Part shown: one piece after another, positions 62,783-64,000 of the stretch | Layout: each line of letters opens with the position of its first letter | How positions within the stretch are numbered: the first letter of the stretch is position 1 | Assembly (NCBI GenBank): GCA_963803145.1 | Contig: CAWDLW010000008.1 | Span: forward strand, 1-64,000 | DNA length: 64,000 nt | Origin: Methanotrichaceae archaeon | GTDB lineage: Archaea; Halobacteriota; Methanosarcinia; Methanotrichales; Methanotrichaceae | Direction: 5' to 3' | The notes under the pieces: model-generated | Databases searched by the model: none | What the model saw: the letters and a program-made list of their open reading frames with translations, nothing else | What the model was told of the DNA's origin: nothing | Position numbers and translations under genes: made by a program

Positions 62783-63459
62783 GCTTCTACGAATGGGACA
62801 TTAAGGCTCTCCCAGAGGGCTCAGACTCAGTGAGCAGATTAGGCTTGGCTGCTAAGCATTTAGGCTATGATGGGATAATCATCTGTAACTTAGAGCCTAG
62901 AAACATCTTCAGGCCCGATGCTTCCAAGAAAATAAAAGGCATCAGCATATCATTTGGTGCTCGGGTGGTTGCGAATACTCCCAGATCCATGATAAATTGT
63001 GTCGAGAACTTACGTGCAAGATATCCATTCATTGCGGTCCATGGGGGCTCTAAGGAGATTAACCGTGCAGCTTGCGAAAATCCAAATGTAGATGTTCTGC
63101 TCCACCCAGAGGATGGAAAGTATATCCTTGAAATCTCATCAGCCAGGGCGGCAAAGCTCAACCAGGTGGCTATAGGCATTGATCTCAGCCCGTTAATTCG
63201 GCTCCGTAGCAGCAGCAGATCAAAATGGCTGGATATCCTCAGGCGTAACCTAGACCTCATCAGGAAGTTCGATCTTGATATTATGATAACTGCAGGGTGT
63301 AGATCGCATCTGGATCTCAGGGCGCCCCGTGATCTCTTGGCCCTTGCTGAGATTGCAGGCTTTGAGCCCTCGGAGGCCGAGAGAGCTATGTGCCTTCCTG
63401 CCAAAATTCTTGATCTAAATATGCGTAGCTGGGCCGGTCCCGGAGTGGAGCTTCTTTGA
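62779..63459 (+). CDS. rnp3: Ribonuclease P protein component 3 (Rpp30)
   Basis: INRAACEN, VDVLLHP, LDLRAPRDL; operon context. Confidence 0.9.
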   Translation: MSFYEWDIKALPEGSDSVSRLGLAAKHLGYDGIIICNLEPRNIFRPDASKKIKGISISFGARVVANTPRSMINCVENLRARYPFIAVHGGSKEINRAACENPNVDVLLHPEDGKYILEISSARAAKLNQVAIGIDLSPLIRLRSSSRSKWLDILRRNLDLIRKFDLDIMITAGCRSHLDLRAPRDLLALAEIAGFEPSEAERAMCLPAKILDLNMRSWAGPGVELL

Positions 63460-64000
63460 GAAGCAGGCTGCCTGTTCTTCGCATGCGAAGGCGGTATTTG
63501 GCCTTTGAGCTTGATTCCGAGGAGGCAGTACTGCATAAGGAGCTGATGGTGGAGATATATTCATCTCAAGTATCTTTATTCGGGGATTTAGGATCCGCCC
63601 AAAACAGATTGCGGCTGATATCCTTCAACGGCAAATTTGGACTTCTACGCTGTAGCCACAAGCACATAACGGAGACGAGAGTAGTCCTGGCTACAATCTG
63701 TTCGATTGGTGGTATTAGAGCCGCTCTGCGAGTAAAAGGCGTCTCGGGCACCATCAAATCTGCTACAGAAAAGTATATACCGCAACTGAGCCAAATAAGT
63801 GCTGGACAGAACGGAAGAAGAATCGAGCTGGATGAAGTTTCTGGGTGTATTATTCACACCCATGGGCGCGGGATCGATCTTTATCCGGACGATCGCGACA
63901 CGACCAAAGGATCAGATACCAGATACCTGGGACTGACCTCTTTTGATTTATGTGGAGGACATGACGATGCAAATGGCACCCCAGATGGGTTACGACAGGG
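63456..64000 (+). CDS. rnp2: Ribonuclease P protein component 2 (Pop5), runs off the window end
   Basis: TTG at 63456 overlapping the rnp3 stop; LRMRRRYLAFE, LFGDLG, GLLRCSH, GVSGTIKSA; no stop before 64000. Confidence 0.88.
   Translation, partial: MRSRLPVLRMRRRYLAFELDSEEAVLHKELMVEIYSSQVSLFGDLGSAQNRLRLISFNGKFGLLRCSHKHITETRVVLATICSIGGIRAALRVKGVSGTIKSATEKYIPQLSQISAGQNGRRIELDEVSGCIIHTHGRGIDLYPDDRDTTKGSDTRYLGLTSFDLCGGHDDANGTPDGLRQ
63967..64000 (+). CDS. psmA: Proteasome subunit alpha, N-terminus only
   Basis: MQMAPQMGYDR matches the conserved alpha-subunit N-terminus; expected next gene in the superoperon. Confidence 0.8.
   Translation, partial: MQMAPQMGYDR

Noticed and set aside
61703-63863. 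Long antisense ORFs (261 aa, 223 aa and others) over rpl15e and rnp3, and similar shadow ORFs throughout the track
   Set aside because: They overlap well-supported genes on the opposite strand and show no recognisable motifs.

Overview
Archaeal methanogen chromosome segment, most likely Methanotrichales/Methanosarcinales-like. The assignment rests on mfnB, the vor operon, ribose-1,5-bisphosphate isomerase, and the rpl15e-DUF54-rnp3-rnp2-psmA superoperon at the right end. The left ~28 kb is an accessory region. It holds an intact TIR-TPR gene, a TIR-NB-ARC-TPR (STAND) gene cleanly split by IS630, a second near-identical IS630, an IS1 inside a DUF1345 pseudogene, two MITEs with target-site duplications, and several secreted enzymes. 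The right half has housekeeping genes, an acyl-CoA ligase-ferredoxin fusion in a vor operon, two adjacent secreted proteins sharing an unnamed 'SFEDLL' helical repeat, and an atypical kdp operon. The kdp operon is the best candidate for an undescribed system. KdpB looks canonical, but the KdpA selectivity-filter loops are rewritten (TNTNWI; FCEDGSN in place of LGTNGGG), KdpD lacks its kinase, and kdpE is absent from the window. Two mini-ORFs missed by the ORF track are embedded in the operon: a 54-aa membrane protein and a 34-aa zinc-finger-like peptide. All family calls come from motif recognition by eye; no database search was run.
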